Below, in pieces: positions 56,023 through 64,000 of a stretch of DNA of 64,000 nt. Below the pieces are notes generated by a model that was given only the letters and a program-made list of their open reading frames with translations, did no database searches and had not been told where the DNA came from. Source of the DNA: Candidatus Daviesbacteria bacterium (GTDB lineage: Bacteria; Patescibacteriota; Microgenomatia; Daviesbacterales; UBA10151); NCBI GenBank assembly GCA_016187025.1, contig JACPKM010000008.1, positions 1,361-65,360 of the forward strand, in the 5' to 3' direction. Every line of letters starts with the position of its first letter. Positions within the stretch are counted from its first letter, which is position 1. Position numbers and translations under genes: made by a program.

Positions 56023-58016
56023 TTCACCAACTTCTTACCTTTCGCTACCTCTTCTGTCCCGCTTCGCCTTGTACCAGAAATCGGTACTTGGCTTCGCGGG
56101 ATAAACCCTTTTCTAAATATAAATATAGATAGAATCACAATATAAACCGAGGTTAACAAAACCAAAACGGCGGTCAGCAAAATAGGAGTTGATCTGATCA
56201 AAATAAAAGGCTTTACTTCAATATTTTTAGTAACATTTTGACTTCCAACCTTTACAGATATTTGGTCTGAGAATGAATCCAGAACTGTTTTTGATCTTAC
56301 ACTGAATTCAAACTCAGCACTTCCAAATGCCGGGATAGGACCAGTGCTTAGTTTATCATGCCTAATAAATATAAGATTATTTCCAGATGCTGAAAGCAGG
56401 TTAGATGAATATACTCCATTACCTTCATTGGTTATTTTAATTTTTAGTGGCTGAGTAAATCCAGCAAGTATTGGATCTGGAGTAATTATTTCAACATTGA
56501 GCTGAGGTTTTAATAAAAAGTCTCTGTCTGATAAAGTTGCTTTGACATCTTTAGCTTCTTCCTGATTTGGTGTCCGTGGATTACCAGCCTCACCACCCAA
56601 TTTATATGCTCCTGCTGGGATTGGATACTCAGAAGAAAAACCCTTTATCACAAAAGTAAGATGATTTAAATCCAGCTTATTAAAATAATCGACCCCACCT
56701 GTGGTATTTTCCCAGGTTGGATCAACCATAACCCAACCGTTTTTTTCATCCCAATATTCTGGCCAAGAGTGGAGAATATCTGTTTGGGCAGATGAAGGCC
56801 TAAGCTTTTCATTTGAGGTGTAGGCAAACCCGTTAAGCTCCCTTGCTGGAATATTGGCAGCCCTTAGCAGGGCAATAAACAAATCTGTAAATTCCATACA
56901 AACAGCATTTTCCGGATTGTTTAAAGCAGTAACTGCTCCATATCTTTGAATTTCTTTGTTTATTCTGCCTAGATCATATTTTAAGGTATCTACCACATAT
57001 CTATATATTAACCGGACTTTTTCTTGTGGATCAGTTGGTGGATCCTGCCCTAATATTTCTGATAGGGTATTTTTGATAATAGGATTATCTTTTTCCCAAT
57101 ACTTTTGACTGCTAGTGTATTTTTCCCTTAACTGTGAGGAAAGCTTAGAAAAATTTGCTTTTGAGCTAGTATATAGTTTGGCTGAGCCGATTACCCGGAC
57201 ATCCATCTTTTCTCCCTTTACTAACCTATACCAGGCTAGATAATTACCATCCTCATCAACTGTTACATTAACTGGCTTAGGGTTTATCCGCTGAAAAATT
57301 ACATCCTGATAAGCAGTGTCAGGTGGAAGGGCAATATTTGTAACAATTGGAACCAGTTTGTCATTTTCTAAATGATAACTTAAATCAAAATCAAACAACT
57401 GGTAATCCCCAAAGCTTGCTGATACCCCAGAGTTTATTAGCTGATCCTTTTCAAATGTTAAAAACCTTCTGTTTTGATTACTGCTTTCATTTTTTGGCGT
57501 GGGACTTATCAGTGATAGTTCCCCAAAGCTAACAGGAACAGAAATTGTCATATTATAGGAATCTAAATTGGTGGATGATGAAATCTTTGGCGCTCTTACC
57601 TCCCAAACCTTACCCTGTTTTTCTGCAAAATCCTTTGATTTAAACTGCAGTATCCAGGGAAGTTCCTTGTTTATACCGGCAACCTCTTGATTAAATTTGA
57701 CAGTAATAACTGTAGAAGTATCTTTTTGCTCAACACTTGTTTCCATGGGACCAGACTGGTCCGAAGCCTGAACATCACTTATTTGAGTAGTACCAATTGT
57801 TAGCTTAAACTGATTTGCATAAAACTTGCTGGTAAGATTTTTCAGGGAAATCTTTTCAGTAACTGTTGTAATCCCGGCCTCATCTACATCAAATGTAACA
57901 TTGTAGGATGTAGCAAACTCCTCCCCAGCAAAGGTTTTGGAGGGTAAAAGTAAAAAAATATAAAATAGAGAAAGGGCAAACAATACCAGCTTAAGAGTTC
58001 TCATAGCCGTAAACAT
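56019..58016 (-). CDS. Secreted/membrane-anchored transglutaminase-like cysteine-protease-fold protein
   Basis: Core CMEFTDLFIALLRAANIPAR (Cys), HSWPEYW (His), VDPTWEN (Asp). Signal peptide and C-terminal TM. The last ~27 codons are encoded by the repeat at 56054-56098. Confidence 0.6.
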   Translation of the reverse strand: MFTAMRTLKLVLFALSLFYIFLLLPSKTFAGEEFATSYNVTFDVDEAGITTVTEKISLKNLTSKFYANQFKLTIGTTQISDVQASDQSGPMETSVEQKDTSTVITVKFNQEVAGINKELPWILQFKSKDFAEKQGKVWEVRAPKISSSTNLDSYNMTISVPVSFGELSLISPTPKNESSNQNRRFLTFEKDQLINSGVSASFGDYQLFDFDLSYHLENDKLVPIVTNIALPPDTAYQDVIFQRINPKPVNVTVDEDGNYLAWYRLVKGEKMDVRVIGSAKLYTSSKANFSKLSSQLREKYTSSQKYWEKDNPIIKNTLSEILGQDPPTDPQEKVRLIYRYVVDTLKYDLGRINKEIQRYGAVTALNNPENAVCMEFTDLFIALLRAANIPARELNGFAYTSNEKLRPSSAQTDILHSWPEYWDEKNGWVMVDPTWENTTGGVDYFNKLDLNHLTFVIKGFSSEYPIPAGAYKLGGEAGNPRTPNQEEAKDVKATLSDRDFLLKPQLNVEIITPDPILAGFTQPLKIKITNEGNGVYSSNLLSASGNNLIFIRHDKLSTGPIPAFGSAEFEFSVRSKTVLDSFSDQISVKVGSQNVTKNIEVKPFILIRSTPILLTAVLVLLTSVYIVILSIFIFRKGFIPRSQVPISGTRRSGTEEVAKGKKLVK
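56054..56098. repeat. Reverse-complement copy of the CGCGAAGC...GTACCGATTTCTGGTAC...GGCGAAGCGGGACAG element
   Basis: 46-nt match to 14225-14267 with 4 mismatches. Confidence 0.6.
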
Positions 58017-58060
58017 TGTAACAAATCAACCCAAGCTAAGCTAATCCTTTATCGTCAGCT

Positions 58061-58079
58061 TGCAACCTTAAAGGTTGCA
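58061..58079. repeat. REP-like palindrome TGCAACCTT-a-AAGGTTGCA (left flank of the RAYT gene)
   Basis: Perfect 9-1-9 palindrome 16 nt upstream of the RAYT start. It shares the GCAACCT/AGGTTGC arms with 58765-58780 and 63597-63613. Confidence 0.6.
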
Positions 58080-58094
58080 GCGTAAACTAAATAT

Positions 58095-58748
58095 ATGCCT
58101 GGCAGAATTACTCCTTTAGTAAATAATCAGTTCTACCATATTTTTAACAGAGGAAATAATAAAGGTGACATTTTTTTGCAACCCAGAGACTATGCCAGGT
58201 TTCAGAAAACTTTTTATTATTACCAATATGCTGGGCCAAAGCTCTCATTTTCCAAATTTTCAAAATCAAACTTAAATTCTTTTAAACCTGACCCCAATCA
58301 GAAATTAGTAGAAATAATCTGTTACTGCTTAATGCCTAATCATTTCCATTTTTTGATACGTCAATTAAAGGAAAATGGCATCTCAATTTTTATCAGCCAA
58401 TTATCAAATAGCTATACCAAATACTTCAATACCAAACACGCAAGAGTAGGGTCATTACTACAGGGATCATTTAAATCGGTCCTAATAGAGACAGAGGAAC
58501 AATTAATTCACGTATCACGTTACATCCATCTAAATCCAGTAGTTTCCGGACTTGTCAAAAACTTAGATACTTACAAGTGGTCTTCTTATTTAGAATATAT
58601 TAGTGGGCATGAATTTCTCTGCTCTCCCAGAGAAATTCTTAATCTTTTTCCATCAGTTGAAAAGTATCAAGAATTTACAGAAGATCAAATAGACTATGGT
58701 ACAAGTTTAGAACTACTAAAACACAGAACGATAGATATCAACACATAA
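58095..58748 (+). mobile_element. IS200-like / REP-associated tyrosine transposase (Y1 HuH transposase, RAYT)
   Basis: YHIFNRGNNKGDIF, HuH motif CLMPNHFHFLI, C-terminal block with catalytic Tyr (SRYIHLNPV). 217 aa. Confidence 0.75.
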
Positions 58749-58763
58749 TATAAAGTTCGTACG

Positions 58764-59618
58764 TCAACCTTCCAGGTTGCTTCCTAAATATTTAGATCTT
58801 ATAGAAGTTAGGACTTTAACAACAGTCCTCTCAGAACCACGGTTTTTTTGTTCATTTACAAGATCTGCAAAGGCATCAACAATCTTTTCAGGAAAACCTT
58901 TTAAACTTGGAATCTCCGGAGTTAAACGGAGAGGATCCTCGTGTTTCAAGCCGCTCTCACTCATATCTTCACCAAAAACGTTTTCTACGGCCTTTCTGCC
59001 TTCGGTATAAGCTTGAAGCACATCTCTTAAATTTGTTCCTCCGCAATGAGTACTAAACGGAGTCACTTCCTGAAAACCAAAAAACGTTCTGTAATCTAGT
59101 TCTGCTAGAGTATCTGATCGAGCGGCAACAAGAGCTGGGGATTTGCTTTGACCCAGCACTCCGAATGGCTGCCATTCTTCCACTACAGTATTTATAAGAA
59201 AACGCGCTATCCCTCTTCTCCAGTAAAGAGGATGAGTCACCAAACCCGCAAAGCATAAGGGATAAGCCTTATCCTTTAAAACCTGAGCAGCCATTTTGGG
59301 GTTCTGATCTTGTAGCTTTTGCCAAAAATATCTACCCCTAACAGGTTCTTCAGGAAACCATCGGACGACACACAGTGATCCTACTATTTGATGATTTGAT
59401 GTGGCAAAGTAATTAATGCATCTAGTATCATCTCCTCCATACTCGAACTCCGCCTGCTCCAGCAGTTCTTCTTTAGTACCTGAGTAACCATAACCCAAGG
59501 TAACAAGCTCAACTAGTCCGAGTCTATAAAGATCTTCGTGAGCTAACTCTGAGGGTAGACTTCTATAAGCTACTAGTTTTTCTGAAGGTGATGAAAACTT
59601 TCCCGCAACAATTTCCAT
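58764..59618 (-). CDS. Hypothetical protein, possibly a GNAT-type acyltransferase
   Basis: LVTHPLYWRRGIARFLI resembles GNAT motif A (Q/R-x-x-G-x-A). Weak. Confidence 0.3.
   Translation of the reverse strand: MEIVAGKFSSPSEKLVAYRSLPSELAHEDLYRLGLVELVTLGYGYSGTKEELLEQAEFEYGGDDTRCINYFATSNHQIVGSLCVVRWFPEEPVRGRYFWQKLQDQNPKMAAQVLKDKAYPLCFAGLVTHPLYWRRGIARFLINTVVEEWQPFGVLGQSKSPALVAARSDTLAELDYRTFFGFQEVTPFSTHCGGTNLRDVLQAYTEGRKAVENVFGEDMSESGLKHEDPLRLTPEIPSLKGFPEKIVDAFADLVNEQKNRGSERTVVKVLTSIRSKYLGSNLEG
58765..58780. repeat. REP-like palindrome CAACCT-TCC-AGGTTG (right flank of the RAYT gene)
   Basis: Inverted-orientation copy of the GCAACCTGGAAGGTTG motif seen at 63597-63613. Confidence 0.55.
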
Positions 59619-59619
59619 T

Positions 59620-62523
59620 TTAAAGTATCCTAGCTAGATATTGCCCAGTATAGGAGGGTTTTACCTTGGCAATTTGCCCTGGGGTACCCTGAGCGATCAC
59701 TTTCCCCCCTAAATCTCCTCCCTCAGGCCCCAAATCTATCACCCAATCAGTGTTTTTTATCACATCTAAGTTGTGTTCAATAATTATGACCGTGTTCCCA
59801 TAATTTACCAGCCTTCTAAGGATATTTAATAACCTTTCTATATCTGCAAAATGCAAACCCGTGGTTGGCTCATCCAAGATATAAACAGTTCTGCCGGTTT
59901 GACGTTTTGATAATTCAGCAGATAACTTAATTCTTTGCGCTTCTCCCCCAGATAAAGTTGGAGCAGGCTGACCTAAACGGATATAGCCTAAACCTACATC
60001 GTTTAATACCTTAATTTTGTTTTTTATTTGAGGAATATTTTCAAAAAATTTCAAACTTTCCTCAACAGTCATATCCAAAACCTCTGCAATATTTTTATCC
60101 TTGAAATGGATTTCTAAGGCTTCTCTGTTGTAGCGTTTTCCGTTACAAGCCTCACAGGTAACATAGACATCTGGTAAAAACTGCATTTCTATTTTTATTT
60201 GTCCTTCACCCTCACAAACCTCACATCTTCCTCCCTTTACATTGAATGAAAACCTACCAGGTCCATAACCTCTAATCTTTGCCTCAGGAGACTCTGCGAA
60301 AAGCTCCCTGATATGAGTAAATGCACCGGTATAGGTTGCCGGATTAGACCTGGGAGTTCTGCCAATCGGAGATTGATCAACCATCACAACCTTATCAACA
60401 TATTCTGTCCCTAGCAGTTCTTGATAAACGCCAGCTCTTTCCCTACTTCTGTATATCTTTTTTGCCAATGCTTTGTATAAAACATCATAAATTAAAGTAG
60501 ATTTCCCTGATCCAGACACACCTGTCACTGCAATAAACTGACCCAAAGGAAAAGAAACATCAATATTTTTTAAGTTATGCTCGCATGCACCCAGTATTTT
60601 TAAAGTTCCAGAATTTATTTTTTCCCTTTGTAGCTTTCCATCAACCTCAACACGTCTTTTACCGGATAAATATTGGCCAGTTAAAGAATCAACATTTTGC
60701 ATAATCTGTTTTGGAGTACCTTGGGCAACAATTTTTCCTCCATGCTCACCTGCTCCCGGACCAATCTCTATTAATAAATCTGCATTTTCCATTGTCTCTG
60801 CATCATGCTCATTAACAATTACTGTATTCCCCAAATCTCTTAGCTTTTTTAAAGTCTCTATCAAACGGGTATTATCTCTTTGATGCAAGCCAATTGATGG
60901 CTCATCTAGTACATATAAAACACCTGATAGTCCTGAGCCAATTTGAGACGCAAGTCTAATTCTTTGAGATTCTCCTCCTGCTAGAGTCATGGAAGCGCGA
61001 TCCAGCGTTAGATAATCAAGGCCAACATCTATTAAAAACTTATGCCTTGACTGGATTTCCTTTATAATTGGTTTGGCAATTGTTTTTTCCCTTTCAGATA
61101 ATTTTAGATTTATCTGCCCAATCCATTCTAAAGCCTGCTTGATAGATTGTGTGCTTACCTCTGCAATGCTTAAGCCATCAACTGTCACAGATAATGCCTC
61201 ATCTCTTAGTCTTTGCCCCCTACATTTAGGACAAACTTCTTTGACCATATATTTTTCTATCTCTTGCTTAACCCACTCAGACTCTGTTTCTTTGTATCTG
61301 TCTTTTAAATAACTTACCAGTCCTTGGAAGGTTGAATAAAAATGTGTCCATCTTCCTTGTCTATTTTTTCCCTCCACTTTAAACTCCTCATCTCCTGATC
61401 CAAACAATAATACTTTTTTGGCATTCTCCCCTAAGTTTCCCAGTCTGGTGTTAATATCAAAGTTATACTGCTTACCAACTGCCTCAATCAGTCTTGTAAA
61501 CCAGGTTTCGTTTGTTCCCAGCTTTTGCCAGGGTAGTATCCCTCCTTCTGCAATTGACAAAATTGGATTTAAAACGGCATTTGGATCAATTTCTAAAAGA
61601 GAGCCTAAACCATTACACATTGGACATGCACCGTGCGGAGAATTAAAGGAAAAAAGCCTTGGTTCCACCTCTGATAAAGCTATTTTATCAACTGGACAAG
61701 CAAACCTTTCTGAATATAGCTGATCCTGCATTTTCTTGGGATTTTGAGGAAACTCCAGTGATGAATCCAAAACTTCAGATACCAAAACAGACCCCTCACC
61801 CAACTTAAGAGCGGTTTCTATTGACTGTGATAACCTAGTGATCAAAGATTGATCCTTGATACTATTTTTGTCCAGGACAATCCTATCAACTACAGCATCA
61901 ATTGTGTGTTTATTGGTTTTAATCAAAACAGAATCCTCAGACAAATCCCTAATATGGCCATCAACCCGAACTTTAGAAAACCCTTTTTTTCTTAAATCTT
62001 CGAAAAGCTGACTGTACTCCCCTTTTCTGTCTTTAACAATCGGAGCCAAAATTATAATTCTTTTACCCTTTCTGGCCTTAGATCCTTCGACTCCGCTCAG
62101 GATGACTTGCGTCATCTGCTCAACACTCATTCTGGAAATTTCTCTGCCGCAAATGGGACAATGCGGATGACCAACTCTTGCAAAAAGTAACCTTAGGTAA
62201 TCATAGATCTCAGTAGTAGTCCCTACAGTTGATCTGGGGTTGTGGGAAACGCCTTTTTGGTCAATGGAAATTGCCGGAGACAAACCTTCAATCAGATCTA
62301 CATCTGGTTTGTCCATCACCCCTAAAAACTGCCTGGCATAAGTAGATAGAGACTCGACATATCTTCTTTGACCTTCTGCATAAAGGGTGTCAAAAGCCAA
62401 AGAAGATTTACCAGACCCTGAAATCCCGGTAAAGACAATGAGCTTGTTTTTGGGAAGCTCCAGATCAATATTTTTCAAATTATGCTCACGTGCACCCTTG
62501 ATTATTATCTTATCATTTATCAT
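59620..62523 (-). CDS. uvrA: Excinuclease ABC subunit A
   Basis: Two ABC modules ([10 protein letters not shown] / [10 protein letters not shown] Walker A; LSGGE signature), zinc-finger Cys pairs. 967 aa. Confidence 0.95.
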   Translation of the reverse strand: MINDKIIIKGAREHNLKNIDLELPKNKLIVFTGISGSGKSSLAFDTLYAEGQRRYVESLSTYARQFLGVMDKPDVDLIEGLSPAISIDQKGVSHNPRSTVGTTTEIYDYLRLLFARVGHPHCPICGREISRMSVEQMTQVILSGVEGSKARKGKRIIILAPIVKDRKGEYSQLFEDLRKKGFSKVRVDGHIRDLSEDSVLIKTNKHTIDAVVDRIVLDKNSIKDQSLITRLSQSIETALKLGEGSVLVSEVLDSSLEFPQNPKKMQDQLYSERFACPVDKIALSEVEPRLFSFNSPHGACPMCNGLGSLLEIDPNAVLNPILSIAEGGILPWQKLGTNETWFTRLIEAVGKQYNFDINTRLGNLGENAKKVLLFGSGDEEFKVEGKNRQGRWTHFYSTFQGLVSYLKDRYKETESEWVKQEIEKYMVKEVCPKCRGQRLRDEALSVTVDGLSIAEVSTQSIKQALEWIGQINLKLSEREKTIAKPIIKEIQSRHKFLIDVGLDYLTLDRASMTLAGGESQRIRLASQIGSGLSGVLYVLDEPSIGLHQRDNTRLIETLKKLRDLGNTVIVNEHDAETMENADLLIEIGPGAGEHGGKIVAQGTPKQIMQNVDSLTGQYLSGKRRVEVDGKLQREKINSGTLKILGACEHNLKNIDVSFPLGQFIAVTGVSGSGKSTLIYDVLYKALAKKIYRSRERAGVYQELLGTEYVDKVVMVDQSPIGRTPRSNPATYTGAFTHIRELFAESPEAKIRGYGPGRFSFNVKGGRCEVCEGEGQIKIEMQFLPDVYVTCEACNGKRYNREALEIHFKDKNIAEVLDMTVEESLKFFENIPQIKNKIKVLNDVGLGYIRLGQPAPTLSGGEAQRIKLSAELSKRQTGRTVYILDEPTTGLHFADIERLLNILRRLVNYGNTVIIIEHNLDVIKNTDWVIDLGPEGGDLGGKVIAQGTPGQIAKVKPSYTGQYLARIL

Positions 62524-62680
62524 AGTCGTTATAATCCTGAGCGATCCTCCAGCTGGCGGAGAGTCGAAGGACGAATCTTTCCCGAAGAATAGTTGTTTAT
62601 TTTACCCTATTTGAAAAGATTTTTAAAGATAGAGGATTAGAATGTACGAATTAATTATCAAACAATTTTATAACCTATAG

Positions 62681-62709
62681 TTGTCATTTATATCTTAGTT
62701 TGGTATACT
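62681..62709 (+). promoter_or_regulatory. sigma70-type promoter: TTGTCA, 17-bp spacer, TGgTATACT
   Basis: -35 at 62681-62686 and extended -10 at 62701-62709. 16 nt upstream of the GTG start of the degraded methyltransferase. Confidence 0.4.
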
Positions 62710-62724
62710 TTCTAGTTATAATCG

Positions 62725-63362
62725 GTGGAATTGAAGCGTATAAACCCAGCCAACCATGAGCAGATCTTACAAGCTGCAATAGAAGCAGAAAGTATGCTAC
62801 TGGGAAATCCAAATAGAACTACCTTCCAAAGGAATCCATATGTTATAGAAAGAGATGATCTAGTTTTTCCCCTTGTAGGAGAGATTAGGGACTTTTTGGA
62901 AGAAATCGATTTGGTGGAAGTTTTGGAAATAGGGGGTGGGGTTGGCAATACTATGAGAAGATTAGCGCATGAATTTAGAAACGGCGCAAATTTTACCATG
63001 ACATCCCTTAATCCTCTGCCAGAACATTCAGGACTCAGAAGTCTTGGTGTATAAGTTTATAAAGGACTTTTAGCCGAGCGTTTACCAGAGGAATGGGCAG
63101 ATAAATTTCACATTGCGGGCACAGATTCAGTGTTAGGATGGACCGATATTCCTGTAGCTTTAACACAAATCCACGGGTATTAGCACATGGAGGAGTTTGG
63201 GTAGGATTGGAATCACAAAAAGCTATAATACCAAGTATGGGAGTTAGAGTAAGCGATGCAGTTGAGCAAGTCATGCAAAGGTTGGGCATGGAAAATACCA
63301 GAAAGTGGTCTATTCTATCTGCTGTGACTAAAACCTGGGAGGGCAGATATTACCATCAGTAA
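62725..63362 (+). pseudogene. Class I SAM-dependent methyltransferase, broken by at least 2 frameshifts
   Basis: Frame 1 has motif I VLEIGGGVGN and stops at 63054. A second frame gives LAERLPEEWADKFHIAGTDSVLGWTDIPVAL. A third frame (63138-63362) gives AHGGVWVGLES (LkpGG-like motif). Confidence 0.4.
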
Positions 63363-63486
63363 AGGCTTTACAACCTCTTCTTATGTACTAAGCTCCTTTA
63401 TTGGAATTATATTTTGAAGATCAATCTGGATTTAAATTCACTGCTGTTAAAAAACCAAAACTTCAGGATATCTCTATCCAGGTAAA

Positions 63487-63711
63487 ATGCCTAGACTTTA
63501 CTCAGCTAAAGTAGTCCTTTCGACCTTACAAAGAGCAGGATTTGTTATTATTTCTCAAAGAGGCAGTCATATTAAACTATTCAAAAACTTTGTGCGGCAA
63601 CCTGGAAGGTTGCAGACTAGATTTCATTTACACCTCTTGTACGGTCGTTCAACAAATGTTACAACTTCGTGCGGACACCCGCTTCGCCCGCCTTTGGCTT
63701 GCTTCGCATAG
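63487..63711 (+). pseudogene. hicA-like toxin gene remnant disrupted by repeat insertions
   Basis: N-terminal SAKVVLSTLQRAGFVIISQRGSHIKLFK matches the HicA/YcfA fold signature (K-x-L-x3-GF-x4-Q-x-GSH). After codon ~33 the sequence is encoded by the REP palindrome (RQPGRLQ = gcaacctggaaggttgc) and GC-rich repeat DNA, and no longer resembles HicA. Confidence 0.4.
63597..63613. repeat. Orphan REP-like palindrome GCAACCT-GGA-AGGTTGC
   Basis: Perfect 7-3-7 palindrome with the same arms as the hairpins flanking the RAYT at 58061/58765. Confidence 0.6.
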
Positions 63712-63730
63712 CGAGCGCGGCTTCGCGAAG
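63674..63730. repeat. Diverged third copy of the CGCGAAGC...GGCGAAGCGGG element
   Basis: It shares cccgcttcgcc (63678-63688) and ggcttcgcgaag (63719-63730) termini with the rc copy at 56054-56098. The central segment is different. Confidence 0.45.
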
Positions 63731-64000
63731 TGAGCCTCTAAGGGGTCAAGCTCGTATACCCGGAGGGTGGGAAGCCACGACAAACTAGATTATATTGGGA
63801 TCCGTGTGTTTATTCAGTGCAATAAATATCCTTTGCACCAAGCTATATTGCGGTATTAACCTTCTTCTTGCTTGTTCAAATATTAATATGTTGTGTTTAT
63901 ACAAACTAATCTCTGTGACCCTCGTAGCAATAGCTGCTGACGCAGCAATTAGCATTCCCCCGATTAAATCTTGTGGTGGTAAATTTTGACTAGCTGAGTA

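Noticed and set aside
63138-63362. Possible hicB antitoxin upstream of the hicA remnant
   Set aside because: The GGVWVGLES segment fits better as the LkpGG-like motif of the frameshifted methyltransferase. No PGC/RHH HicB landmarks.
63735-63795. SRP (4.5S) RNA-like motif ccggagggtgggaagccacg
   Set aside because: Only a loose resemblance to the GGAA-GCAGC domain IV motif. No flanking helix 8 complementarity or 5'/3' closing stem. The region is dominated by GC-rich repeat debris.

Overview
This is a gene-dense, low-GC bacterial window, roughly 33-38% GC by my rough counts. It carries mostly housekeeping and cell-envelope genes. The gene content (cupin-type glucose-6-phosphate isomerase, short UvrC, many secreted glycoside hydrolases, sortase, several ECF/σ70-family sigma factors) would fit a streamlined Gram-positive-like or CPR/Patescibacteria-type organism. 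Taxonomy cannot be fixed from sequence alone.

Content in order along the window:
- A Bro-N antirepressor-like gene runs off the left edge.
- tRNA-Arg(TCT) with its own promoter.
- A lower-glycolysis cluster: gpmA and eno (minus strand) diverging from ppsA.
- pyrF and a UDP-xylose-synthase-like gene.
- A GC-elevated three-gene cassette built around a Y-family DNA polymerase.
- A secreted clan GH-A hydrolase.
- tRNA-His with an encoded CCA, followed by paralogous coiled-coil proteins that carry 33-bp tandem repeats.
- A YfhO-family membrane protein.
- zur-znuACB with an identifiable promoter and palindromic operator.
- guaA, then a small unlisted KGG stress protein and a YtxH-like protein.
- gmk, then a histidine kinase with a stand-alone receiver.
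- An archaeal-type cupin PGI next to zwf and a short-form gnd.
- Sortase with a Pro/Thr-rich peptide.
- PBP1A, a DacA-like carboxypeptidase and a GH18+GH19 hydrolase.
- A GT4 glycosyltransferase and a GDE-like hydrolase flanked by GlsB/YeaQ/YmgE paralogs.
- A candidate small RNA with a strong promoter and terminator.
- A GC-elevated pair (an NDK-domain fusion and a kinase-like protein) beside tRNA-Arg(TCG).
- An ECF sigma with its anti-sigma partner.
- A cellulose-synthase-like cluster: GH5, GT-C, GT2, GH8 and a small membrane protein.
- A GC-elevated σ70-family gene beside tRNA-Lys.
- secG, a short uvrC and a transglutaminase-like protein.
- An IS200-like/REP-associated tyrosine transposase (RAYT) flanked by GCAACCT...AGGTTGC hairpins, then uvrA.
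- A decayed right end with a frameshifted SAM-methyltransferase pseudogene and a hicA remnant disrupted by repeats.

Two small repeat families recur in the window. One is a REP-like palindrome; the other is a CGCGAAGC...GGCGAAGCGGGACAG element. No CRISPR array was seen.

Many ORF-track entries use GTG/TTG longest-ORF starts. I re-set the obvious ones: ppsA to 4628, zwf to 26844, and the secreted protein to 42100.
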